This document shows, piece after piece, positions 31,815 through 42,167 of a DNA stretch of 64,000 bases. The first letter of the stretch is position 1; the number at the start of each line of letters is the position of its first letter. Under the pieces are notes generated by a model. It was not told the DNA's origin and ran no database searches. It worked only from the letters and a program-made list of their open reading frames with translations. The position numbers were made by a program, and so were the translations under genes. The stretch is from NCBI GenBank assembly GCA_037447605.1, contig CM074814.1, positions 186,001-250,000 on the forward strand, given 5' to 3'. The stretch comes from Zygnema circumcarinatum SAG 698-1b. Its lineage: Eukaryota; Plantae; Zygnematophyceae.

Positions 31815-32113
31815 TTTCATCTTTTTCACGTGCCCAGAGCAGCAAGTACCTCCGGGAGGCGGAAGGAAACGGAGCATCGAAAACAGGCGGCTTGAAGGAC
31901 GCATTTGAAAAAATTCTCGTCGCAGATTTTTTCTTCATTTTCGGAATTTTGGTTTGGTTTTTAGCGGGGATTGCCCAACAGCAAATTCTTGGTAAAGATT
32001 CAATTTTGAACGCGTGGCTTCCTTTTTGGACCCCTTTGTTCCAACCTGCGCTTGGACTCTTTATGGCCGGAGCCCTCCTTTCTGCCTTCAATGGCTGGAG
32101 GACGAGAGCCTGA
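30688..32113 (+). CDS. Putative plastid-targeted small membrane protein (~254 aa; C-terminal two-TM domain resembling cyanobacterial hypothetical proteins); exon 1 30688-31180 (needs +1 T at 31044), exon 2 31843-32113; exon 1 duplicated at 29284-29778
   Basis: Ser/Pro-rich transit-like MATLLTTSLHSLG...VVCRA, coiled segment DGLDAAELQADIRRLAGMREVEKLK, then KILVADFFFIFGILVWFLAG...WTPLFQPALGLFMAGALL. Donor TT|GTGAGG and acceptor CAG 31842 are phase-compatible once the homopolymer is corrected. Confidence 0.7.
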
Positions 32114-33130
32114 GGGAGATGACTTGTAATTTCATGATTTTAGGGCCTTATAGAATGTGAGGCTTGGTTTTTATGTGTTACTTTTTCATATTTTTTAAGT
32201 TTCGGCCTCTTCAAGCACTTATTGTCCACTTATTATCACCCAAATACTCTCCCCCCCTGCAAGAGTCTGCTGCTTCCCAGCCGAGGCAGCACAAACCCCC
32301 TTCACCTGCGCCGGCCATGCGAGGCCTTTTGCAGCTTCTCTCTGCGCGTAGCCTCTGTCCAGAAACCACGAGCAGCCCTCCTGCAGAGCCCTCAGCCCGA
32401 CCCCCGCTCATGCGAAGATGGACAAGCAGAGGACGACGCAGAAGACTTGTACGGCCTCCACCAGCCGCCATGGCGAGCTGCAGGAGGGCCGCAGCCATGT
32501 CGGAGGGAGGGATGGAGGGAGGGAATGAAGGGAGGGAGGGCAGTGAACTTTTTTACTCGTGCGTCGTCCACTGACCATTCGCCACGTCCGCAGGATAGTT
32601 CACGTGGCGCCTCACCATTGGAGGTTGCCTGACCACGTGCAACGAGGGGGCGATGAAGCAGGGAAGCGGGAGAGATGGACGGCGGTGACGAAAGGTATTG
32701 TTTATCCGACGGCTCCGACGAGCTTACTTACCATCACATGGGTCGTATGCAGTCCAAAGTAAGCGAGAGATGTGTCATTCACTTCACGATGGCGATGATG
32801 CCATCAAATATACATGGACAAATTCATCATGGGGACAAGGAGATAACAAACACCCAAAATTCTACAACTCTGAGACCCTGAGAGGGCCTTCAAGCACAGA
32901 CCTTCAGACCTGCATCGCTTCCACCCACATAGCAGGAAGAGAGCAAAAGGACTAAACCGCAGAACCGCTTTAAACGATCGAACGAACCTCGGCACATAAC
33001 AATATGGAGCTAGCGCGGGAGCAGCACACTTTTCACATGATGCACCCGAAACACTGAACCCTAGTAACCACATTCCCTTTCTTGCCCCCCCTTCCNNNNN
33101 NNNNNCCCCCCCCCCCCCCCCCTCCCCTCC

Positions 33131-35903
33131 CTACACCGTCAGCTCTACTTGATGAAGGCTCGTCCTCGGCTTCTTACTGGGAGTCTCCTCCACTGTGCCG
33201 TTAGTCAGAGCTGCCTCGCTGGCATCATCATACGCTGCCACGTGGACCCCAGCTGCTGCCCTTCCAGAAGGATCCAAGTTTTTGGCCCACGCTTCGTCCC
33301 AGGCTATGGCGGCCGCCGTACTGCAGGCCACGCTCGGCCCGCCAGGGACCGTCAATCTTGCTGCGGGCTGCACAAAAGGGAAAAAAAAATTACTAATTCG
33401 ACCTCATGTTTTTTAACTGGCGGAACTTGAATACTGCGGTCTTCGAATTAGGGTTAGAGTTAAGAATGAAGGGTTTAAAATTTTAATGATGTGAAGGTCG
33501 GGGAGAGCTTCGTGCAGGTCTCTAGAGTGTCCGGTTTAACCCCTTACTTTATAAGGTTAGGCTTCACAGTGTAAGAAAATTAACCCAAGAAAAGGGTTCG
33601 GAAAGGGGTTCGTACAGCCTTATTTTTAAACATGGAAACATTCCCTTTCTAGGTTCATTATTTTGAATTCTTCTTTACTTCAATTCTTCATTTAGTGGTT
33701 TCTTTACCTGAGGAAAGTGCTTCTCGAAGAGCATGCGGTAGTAGTAGGCCTCCTTCGTTTGCGGAGTGTTGTGGCGGAAGACATGCACTGCATTAGTCAT
33801 CATTTGGTCAGTGACTTGACTAGCTGCGTGCTCCTTGAGCCCATCGATCCAACTGTACCCGACTCCGTCGCTGAACTGCTCCTTTTGGCGGTACAATATC
33901 TTCTGCATCACCTCAAAAACAAAGTCACGTAAGTCGCCAGAGTCTTTCAAGTCTCGGATTCCTTCAAGTCTTTTGAGTCCTTCAAACTCTTTGGGTTATT
34001 AGGGGAGGGGTCAGAGTCCTCGATCACTGAGAAGTAGAGTATGAAGAAGGGATGTATCATCAATCTAATCTTGACACATGCATGGATACATGCATGCATG
34101 TGCTATCTCTTGCTTAAAAAAATGGACTTGAAAGCCAAAAGGAGGTTCGGATCTAGGTGATATCAGTATGGGAAGAGAATTCTGAATCAAATTAGTCAGT
34201 TGCATGGAGAATCTCCCATGAGGCTCTTTCTCACTGAGCTTTTCTCTCACCTTTGGGAGGAAAGGGTTTTCGGGATCATCAAAAGCCTTCCGAAGGATGT
34301 ACTTCTCGATTCTGCCCTCCTTCAGCCGCACCTGCAGTAGACAGAGGAGGGAGATGCTCCGTGAGAGAGCGGGAAAAGAGAGGGGAAAGAGGAGAGGGAG
34401 AGGTTGCGGGAGAGGTGCAGTAGACAGAGGAGGGAGATGTTACGTGAGAGAGCGGGAAAAGAGAGGGGAAAGAGGAGACGGAGAGGTTGCGGGAGAGGTG
34501 CAGTAAACAAAGGAGGGAGATGTTACGTGAGAGAGCGGGAAAAGAGAGGGGAAAGGGGAGAGGGAGAGGTTGCGGGAGAGGTGCAGTAAACAAAGGAGGG
34601 AGATGTTACGTGAGAGAGCGGGAAAAGAGAGGGGAAAGAGGAGAGGGAGAGGTTGCGGGAGAGGTGCAGTAAACAAAGGAGGGAGATGTTACGTGAGAGA
34701 GCGGGAAAAGAGAGGGGAAAGGGGAGAGGGAGAGGTTGCGGGAGAGGTGCAGTAGACAAAGGAGGGAGATGTTACGTGAGAGAGCGGGAAAAGAGAGGGG
34801 AAAGAGGAGAGGGAGAGGTTGCGGGAGAGGGCATGGGAAGGATGAGGAATGGCAGGAGAGAGACAGAGAAGGACAGGGAGGAGAATGGAGGGAAGAGGAA
34901 AGAGGAAGACAATGCGAGGAGCGAGAGAAGAGAGGGAAGAGAAGAAGGGAGTGAGGGGTGGTGGGGGGAAGTAACGAAACGAACCATTTTCTCTGCAGGA
35001 TCGATACTCATTGCTGTGTTCATAAACTCCTTATCCAAAAACGGGACACGTGCCTCCAGTCCCCATGCTGATGTCGACTTATTCGCCCGCAAACAATCGT
35101 ACAAATGCAAAGCCTTCAACTGAAAAACAAAATGAATTCAAACTTCACCCATTCAGAACTCACGTTATTCGATCGGTGCACACAAAATACTGCGTGTTCA
35201 AACATAGCAGGATCGAGCTATATAACAAATATGCCGCTACAAACCTCACATATCCTAAGAATCCCAGTAACATTTTAAACCGATTCCCTCAAAATTTTAT
35301 CCTTCAAATGGCCTCACCTTTTGGCATGTTTCCACATGCAGGTCCTCTTTAGAAGGAGCCTTGTGGAAATAGAGATATCCTCCAAACACTTCATCGCTTC
35401 CCTCCCCACTCAAAACCATCTTCACTCCCAAAGCTTTGATTTTCCGCGACATGAGGAACATGGGGGTGCTTGCGCGGATAGTTGTGACGTCGTACGTTTC
35501 TACATGATATATCACATCAGAAAGAGCATCTATGCCTTCCTGCTCTCCATGCAAAGGAGGAAAGAAAAGCGTAAAGCTAGGTTAGATATCATATGCATAC
35601 AATTTTACAGGGTACATTACATGAGCAATAACAACGTTTGTAAATGTATCACTAGGTCGAAGATACCACGTAACGCAAAATCGTGCATTTGAGAGGAAAA
35701 TGTTTTCAAAGGAATTTGAAAACTCTCTAGATCTATGGAAGTCCTGGCCTCCTGCTCGATTAATTGTGTAGGTTAGGTAGGAGATTCCTACATCTCCCTC
35801 TCTGTCGATCTCGCTTTCTTTCCTTGTCTCTCTCCCACCTCCCCTCTTCCTCCCCTCCCCCCTCCCCATCCCTCCCTCCTTCCCTCGCCCACCCTCCCCC
35901 CCT

Positions 35904-35940
<37 letters not shown>

Positions 35941-35950
35941 NNNNNNNNNN

Positions 35951-36001
<51 letters not shown>

Positions 36002-39000
36002 CTCCCTCTCTGCCAGACACAATTGCACGCAAGTGAATGGCAGCCTGCCCATACCTGCACAGTGAAGTGCAGTTCGTGATGAAGAGTTCCGAGGTAGTCC
36101 GCCACTTCCCTCGCCGCCTTCAAATCTGGCGATCCCTGCGATTGCTCCAAGTTCCACAACTCTCACAAACTCGGTCAGATCACAACATGCGACACGTCAA
36201 CTGAGTCAAATCAGTGTCGGAATTCGAAACAAAACCTAAATCCTAAACGCTAGAAGCTCCAAACCTGAAACCGGAACTCTAAGATTCCCCAAACCTTGAC
36301 CCTAAACCCTAAAGGCTAGACCCTTAAAACCATAAACGCTGGACACTAGTCACTAAACCCTAGAACCTCCCAACCTGAACCCTCAACCGTTGAAGCTCTC
36401 AGCCTGAACCCTAAACTCTGCAGCCCCCAACCCCCCAACCCTAAACTCTAAAAGCTTTTAGCCTGAACCCTAAACCAAGCCTCCAGGGTTTAGGGTTGGG
36501 AGCTGCAGAGCTTAGGTTTCATGCTGAGAGCTTCTTGGGTTAGGGTTGGGAGTTGGGGGCTGCAGAGTTTAGGGTTCAGTCTGAGAGCTTCCAGGTTACC
36601 CTGCAGCCCTAACCCTAAACCCTAAACCCTTAACCCTAGGCTGTCCCTCCCGCACCTTGAGGCCCACGCAGTAGGAGTGCAGCTGCGGGCCCCACTGCTT
36701 CCCCGCCTTGGTCTCCGCCAGGTGGCGGCACGCCACGGCCGCCACGAGGGAGGAGTCGAGCCCGCCCGAAAGCAGCACGCCGAAGGGCACGTCCGTCATC
36801 AGCCGCTTCACCACCGCCTGCAGGGCAGGAAGAGCATGCAGGGGGTAGGGGGTAGGGGTTAGGGTTTAGGATTTAGGGATTAGGAGTTAGGAGTTAGGGT
36901 TTAGGATTTAGGGTTTAGGAGTTAGGGGTCAGGGTTTAGGAGTTAGGGGTTTGGGTTTAGGATTTAAGGGTTAGGGTTTAGGGGTTAGGGTTAGGGTTGA
37001 AATATTTAGAGTTGGGGTTTAGGGGTTAGGGTTGAGGGTTAGAGTTAGGATTTAGGGTTTAGGGTTAGGGGTAAAGGTTAGGGTCAGGGTTTAGGGTAGG
37101 ATTTAGGGTTTAGGGGTTAGCGGTTAGATTTTAAGGTTTAGGGGTTAGGATTAAGGGTTAGGGTTTAAGGTTTAGGGTTCGGGGTTTAGGGTTTAGGGTT
37201 AGGGTTTGGGTTAGGGTCAGGGTTTAGTGTTTAGGGTTTAGGGTTTAGGGTTTGAGGTTTAGGGGTTAGGGTCTAGGGTTTCGGGTTCAGGGTTAATGGT
37301 TTAAGGTTTAGGGTTTAAGGCTTAAGGTTAGGCTTAAGGGGTTGGGTTTTACGGCTTAGGGACGAAGCTTGAGAGTCCAGAGTTAGGGTCAAGGGTTTAG
37401 GATTGAAGGTTAAGGGTTGAAGGCCTGGGGATTACAGGTTCGGATTTCAGGGTTAAGAGTTTAGGTTTCAGGGTTCAAAATCAGGGTTGGGGGTTGAGGG
37501 TCTAGGGTTTAGTAGAGGGGTAAAGATTGGGAGCTTGGGGTTAAGGTTACGATTTAGGATTAAGGGTCAAGGTTTTAGGGTTCAAGTTTTGGAGAGGGTT
37601 GAGAATTTTGAACTCATGTTTAGGATGGTAAGGTTGAAAGGTTGAGGTTTCTAAAAATTTAAAGAGCAAATCCTCATCAGTCACCGCCTGCCGCCTCAAC
37701 GTTAAGGTTTAGGTTTAAGCCTTAAAGTTCATACACAAGGATTTTAGGATATGGAGGGTTTCAAGGGGTTTTCGCACTCGTATTTGAAGCGAATTGAAAC
37801 ATGGAACCCTGACAGGAAGCATCGGTCAGAAACAAACCTTTTCAAATGCTGCCCGAAGTGCAAGTGGATCATAGGGCTCTGAAGGAATATGTTCATCGAA
37901 CCATGGAGGGTTGTACCAGCGTCGCATGCCTCCTGCTCTCCCCTTACCACATGGAACAACAAAAACTCAAAAAAATATCAAGGAAAGCAACATGAGCAGT
38001 TGGAAGTTACAAGGTTATGAATTTGGGAGTTTTCCGCGATTAACTTTAAATGGTCAAACACATACATATCTCTCCGTTACATCTGCTTGCTAAGACAATT
38101 TCGCCCGCGACATTCTTAAAGTCTGAGATTTTCCGATGAGCTCTCAATCATAAGGTGCATAAACCTGCTCGAAAATGTAGGCTTTCAGAAAAGTGCATGA
38201 TTTCGTTCGAGTTCTTAGAAGTTCTGATGAGTTTGAGATTTGAAGCAGGAAGTGACCTTGCTTGCTGGAGTAGATGTGGCCGGGCAAAAACACTTCGAAC
38301 TGCTCGCAGTCATCATGCAAAGCCTTCATTTCTGACGCAAACCACACTGAACCTGCAGAGCATGGTGGAAGGTTGCAGAGTGTGAGAGGGAGAGAGATAG
38401 TTCTCAAGGTTCGAAGTGGTTGGGGAGCGAGAGGGCGGGACGAAAAAACGAGAGAGAGGATGCTGGGAGAGAGTGAGAATTGGGAGAGCAAGGGATAGAG
38501 AAAAAGGAACCAGTGGACTGCCAGAATAGAGAGTGTGAGAGAGAGAGAGTGTGTGTGTGTGTGTGTGTGCACGCATTGGTTGGATTCGAAGCTGCCAGAG
38601 AGAGAGCGTGTAAGAGAAAGAGAACTGCCAGGAGAGAGAGCGAGAGTTGTTGAGCTTTACAGCAGCTAGAGCGAAGGAGAGAGAGAAGCCAAAGACCTGC
38701 CAGCAGCTAAAACGAGAGAGGGAGAGAGCGGAAAGCTTTGAGGAACCTTAAGAGTTTCAAATGTTACAGGGAATTAGGGTTCAAGAATTTCAAGTACCAT
38801 CTCGTCCCCAGCCGATGTACATCGGAGTGATGCCCATGGGATCTCGGGCAGCGATGAAAGAATTATCCCTTGTGTCTAATAGGACAAAGGAAAACATTCC
38901 ATCCAACTTCTGGACCACCTCCTCTCCAATTTCTTCATACTAACCCCACCAAAAAAAGGCCCAAAAAAACAGTGAGCATTAATGTGAAGTCGGCATTGCC

Positions 39001-40351
39001 TTCTGGAAAAGGGGAACACCAAAGCTCTATCCATTCGCCCCCCCTTCCTCTCTCTCTCTCCCTCTCTCTCTCTCCTTCTTTCTCCCTCTCTTCCTCCCTT
39101 TCCCTCCCTTTTCTGTCTCCCCAACTCTCCTGCTTTCTCCCCCCTGCTTTTTCTCTCTCCCCGTCTTCCTTGCCCTTACCCTCTCCCCTCCCTCTCTACG
39201 CATATGTGTGCATGTGTGTGCTTATATGAATGATTACACAATTCAAATCATTCCATTTCATCATCCCATCCGTCTTCCATTGAATGGAATCAAATGCTCA
39301 GACATTCACTAGTCAAAAATATACATACCAGATGTGCAATCACTTCACAATCACTCTGAGTGTGGTATACATGCTCTCTCTGGGTGGAGGCCTTCAGCTC
39401 CTCGTGGTTATAAATCTCGCCATTTACCTGCAGGCGTTTTGCAAAGTAAAACATATCAATAAATCCATAAACTCACTCAGAAAAGAGAAAAATATAACGA
39501 AACCCTCTATTCCTTCAGAAATCATGACAGAGCGCGTCATAACAAAAATCTTTTCACTTTCTAAGAAGATAAAAGACTTACCGCCACCACAATTTCTCTT
39601 GATTCGTTAAAGAGCGGCTGGTCCCCCGAGGCCGGGTCGATAATTGCCAGCCTTTCGTGAGCCAAAAAATTGTTTTTAAAAGTGTAAATCCCGCTCCAGT
39701 CAGGGCCTCTGTGCCTGAGCCTGCCAGCAGAAGTGGGGGGGGCGGTGGGGGAGAGGGAGACAGACTCGGTGACAGGTTCAGTAACAGTTCAAAAGAGTTG
39801 AGGAGTCTGGTTGGGAGGACGTAGACTGGCATAGAAATAAAAATATCAATTGTTCCACAAGATCTGATACGATAGTATACTCTAGTTTACGGCCGTTCAT
39901 TTTTTTTTTTTTTTTCGTTTCAATTTACCAGGAAGAAGATGCATGGGAAGGGGAAGAGGACTAAGCAAGAGAGGAGGAGGAGAAGAGGGAGAGGAAAGGG
40001 GCCGAGGAGGGGAAAGTTTAAGAGAGGAAGTGAATGGATGCGGAGGGGTAGGCGGAAAGGGAGTGAGTGGTGAAGGAAGAGAAAGAGAGAGGTGAGAGAT
40101 GTGACAAGGAGACGAAGCGAGAGAGAGAGGAACATAGAAAAGAGAGGGAGAGGGATAAGGGAAGAGGCGAGCGGGAAGCAGCAGATGAGTGCAGAGAGGA
40201 AGAGAGAGAGAGAGGGCCAAGGGGAAGAAGCAGTCGGAGAGAGAGACAGCATAATGGCAGAGCCTCCTCACCTCCCGGAGAGGCTCACCACCCGGCGGCG
40301 CATAGCAGCAGAGTCATCACTGGCCCGCAGGACGGCCAAAATCCCGCACAT
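33131..40351 (-). CDS. ASN: Glutamine-dependent asparagine synthetase, ~13 exons (e.g. 40351-40272, 39720-39582, 39427-39329, 36817-36656, ~35539-35318, ~33902-33708, ~33367-33131)
   Basis: N-terminal MCGILAV (Ntn Cys2), [108 protein letters not shown]. Confidence 0.97.
34333..34830. repeat. 83-bp minisatellite, ~6 copies, in an ASN intron abutting the 3' splice site
   Basis: Unit GAGAGAGCGGGAAAAGAGAGGGGAAA...GTTGCGGGAGAGGTGCAGTAAACAAAGGAGGGAGATGTTACGT. The period of 83 is visible in ORF starts 34404/34487/34570/34653/34736. Confidence 0.9.
36230..37720. repeat. Degenerate interstitial telomeric arrays (CCCTAAA / TTTAGGG) in two ASN introns flanking exon 36656-36817
   Basis: CCCTAAA-type at 36230-36640 (with an internal inverted segment at 36485-36595) and TTTAGGG/TTAGGG-type at ~36845-37720. 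Confidence 0.85.
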
Positions 40352-40842
40352 GGCGCCTTGCAGCAGGAGGGAGGGAGGGAGGGAGGGAGGGAGGGAGGGA
40401 GGGTGGGAGGGAGGCAGGGAGGGAGGAGGGGTGGAAGGGGGGGGGGGGGAAGGGGAGGGAGGGAGGGAGGAAGGGAGAAAAAGAGCAAAATGAAACCCTA
40501 AAAAAAATTCTCCGCGGAGCTTCCTTTGCGCGTCCCGCACCCTTCCCCGCCCTGTGCCGCTGCGCCCTAAACCCTCCCCTCCCACCGGCGGATGGAAAAA
40601 GTCGAATCAGATTCGGAAAAGCGATTCTTGGAGCGCGGGGTTCAGCGCAGAATCTGCGGAGGATGCAGATATGATCGTACAGTGTCACCGCGTGAATTGA
40701 ACAGAATTAAGATGCCCACCTTTTTTTGCCGGTCAGATTTCATCTAGGGCTTTTATGGCATTTGGGGTTTTTTCTTTTTTTTAAGGCGTGTATCTAGACA
40801 GAAAAGGTGTGTAAATATTAATTCAATTTCAGGTTTTATTAT

Positions 40843-41432
40843 GGAGAACTATATACCCCCCCCCTTCGGTTATCCCGCCCCTGTTTTTTTGAAATCCCAC
40901 CCTCCCATTTTGGCTATTCCGCCCCCTCCAATTTTGGATATGTCGCCCCCTGTTTTGAATAATTCGAGAGGGAATCTTTTTCCGGCCCCTCCCGTCCTCT
41001 CCCCTCCCCTCCCCTCCCCTCCTCTTCCTGGTTTGCAATTTCCACACAAATGACTGAGTATAAGTCTCGCGATGAGCTTGTACAAGTCATGACCAAGCAC
41101 TACAAGCAGGAAGGATTTCACGCCAAGATCGGCAAGCATAGCGATAGCCGCTGACTCTACCTGGAATGCTTTAGCGGGGGGAACTACGAGGATAGAGGTC
41201 TCTCTCTCCTCTGCTCTCTCTCCTTTGCTCTCTCTCCTCTGCTCACTCTCTCTCTGCGAATGTCTTTACGGATGTTGCGCTGATGTGTGAGAAGGAGAAA
41301 AGAGGGGGGAATACCCAAAACAGGGGGCGAAATATCCAAAATGGGACGGGGGGGGATAGCCAAAATGGAAGGTGGAATTTCAAAAAAAAACAGGGGCGAG
41401 ATAACAAAAGGGGGGGGGGTATATAGTTCTCC
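40843..41432. mobile_element. Non-autonomous Mutator-like element, 590 bp, ~115-bp TIRs, 8-bp TSD TTTATTAT
   Basis: GGAGAACTATATACCCCC at 40843 vs GGGGGTATATAGTTCTCC ending at 41432. TTTATTAT lies at 40835-40842 and 41433-41440. Internal 34-codon ORF at 41050-41154. Confidence 0.88.
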
Positions 41433-42167
41433 TTTATTATTTATAAATTTTGAATTGTTCAACCTCATTAAATGCAGTTGAGCATGATCGTTTGGTATTT
41501 GCTCTTTTCCGATTTGAACATGTGACCTGTCCTCGCAGGCGGGATTCGCCTTTTTTCGGTGGTGGAACCACTGTACGGATTTGGAAAACTGCTTCAATTT
41601 AACAGTACAGTACTCCTAGCATCGACCACCGCCGTCGATCTTTGTTCAATTAGCACGCTCGTACGACCGTTGAAATTAAAAGATACGATTGTACTTACCA
41701 TCGTACGGTCTGTGAATTTCAGTTGGTCAGAGAGGTTCCCGCAAGATCGTATGGCAATATACATGCCTACCATTTTCCTTTGTATTTTTGTCCAGACATG
41801 TAAAAGTGCCTTATGAAACAGCCTGACTTTCAAATGAAAATCTTCCCCTCTGACTTCTAGAATTTTTTATTGGAATTCTTATCCGCGACACTGCGTTATC
41901 ATATCAATCCCTAGTCCTAAGGAAAAAGAATATGCTGAAAAAATCATTATTACTACGCGATATGCATAGAATGGCGTCAACCCAACACTGCCAGACAGCC
42001 GTCCACAAAGATGTGACGATCTGAAGCACAACCACCTGACAAAGAAAGGGTGCCGGATTTGAAGATCATCACGCGTCCACTCTCAACCACTCATTTCAAG
42101 CGTTTGCCTTTCTGTAGCCTTCACGAGCTTCATCGGAGAGCCGAATCATACTGCAGCGGTAGAGCCA

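Noticed and set aside
34333-34830. Regular repeats here and at 61275-61468 as CRISPR arrays
   Set aside because: Head-to-tail tandem units with no unique spacers, no cas genes, and a eukaryotic context.
36845-37720. TTTAGGG tract as a true chromosome end or contig misjoin
   Set aside because: It is degenerate and lies inside an ASN intron whose flanking exons are colinear.
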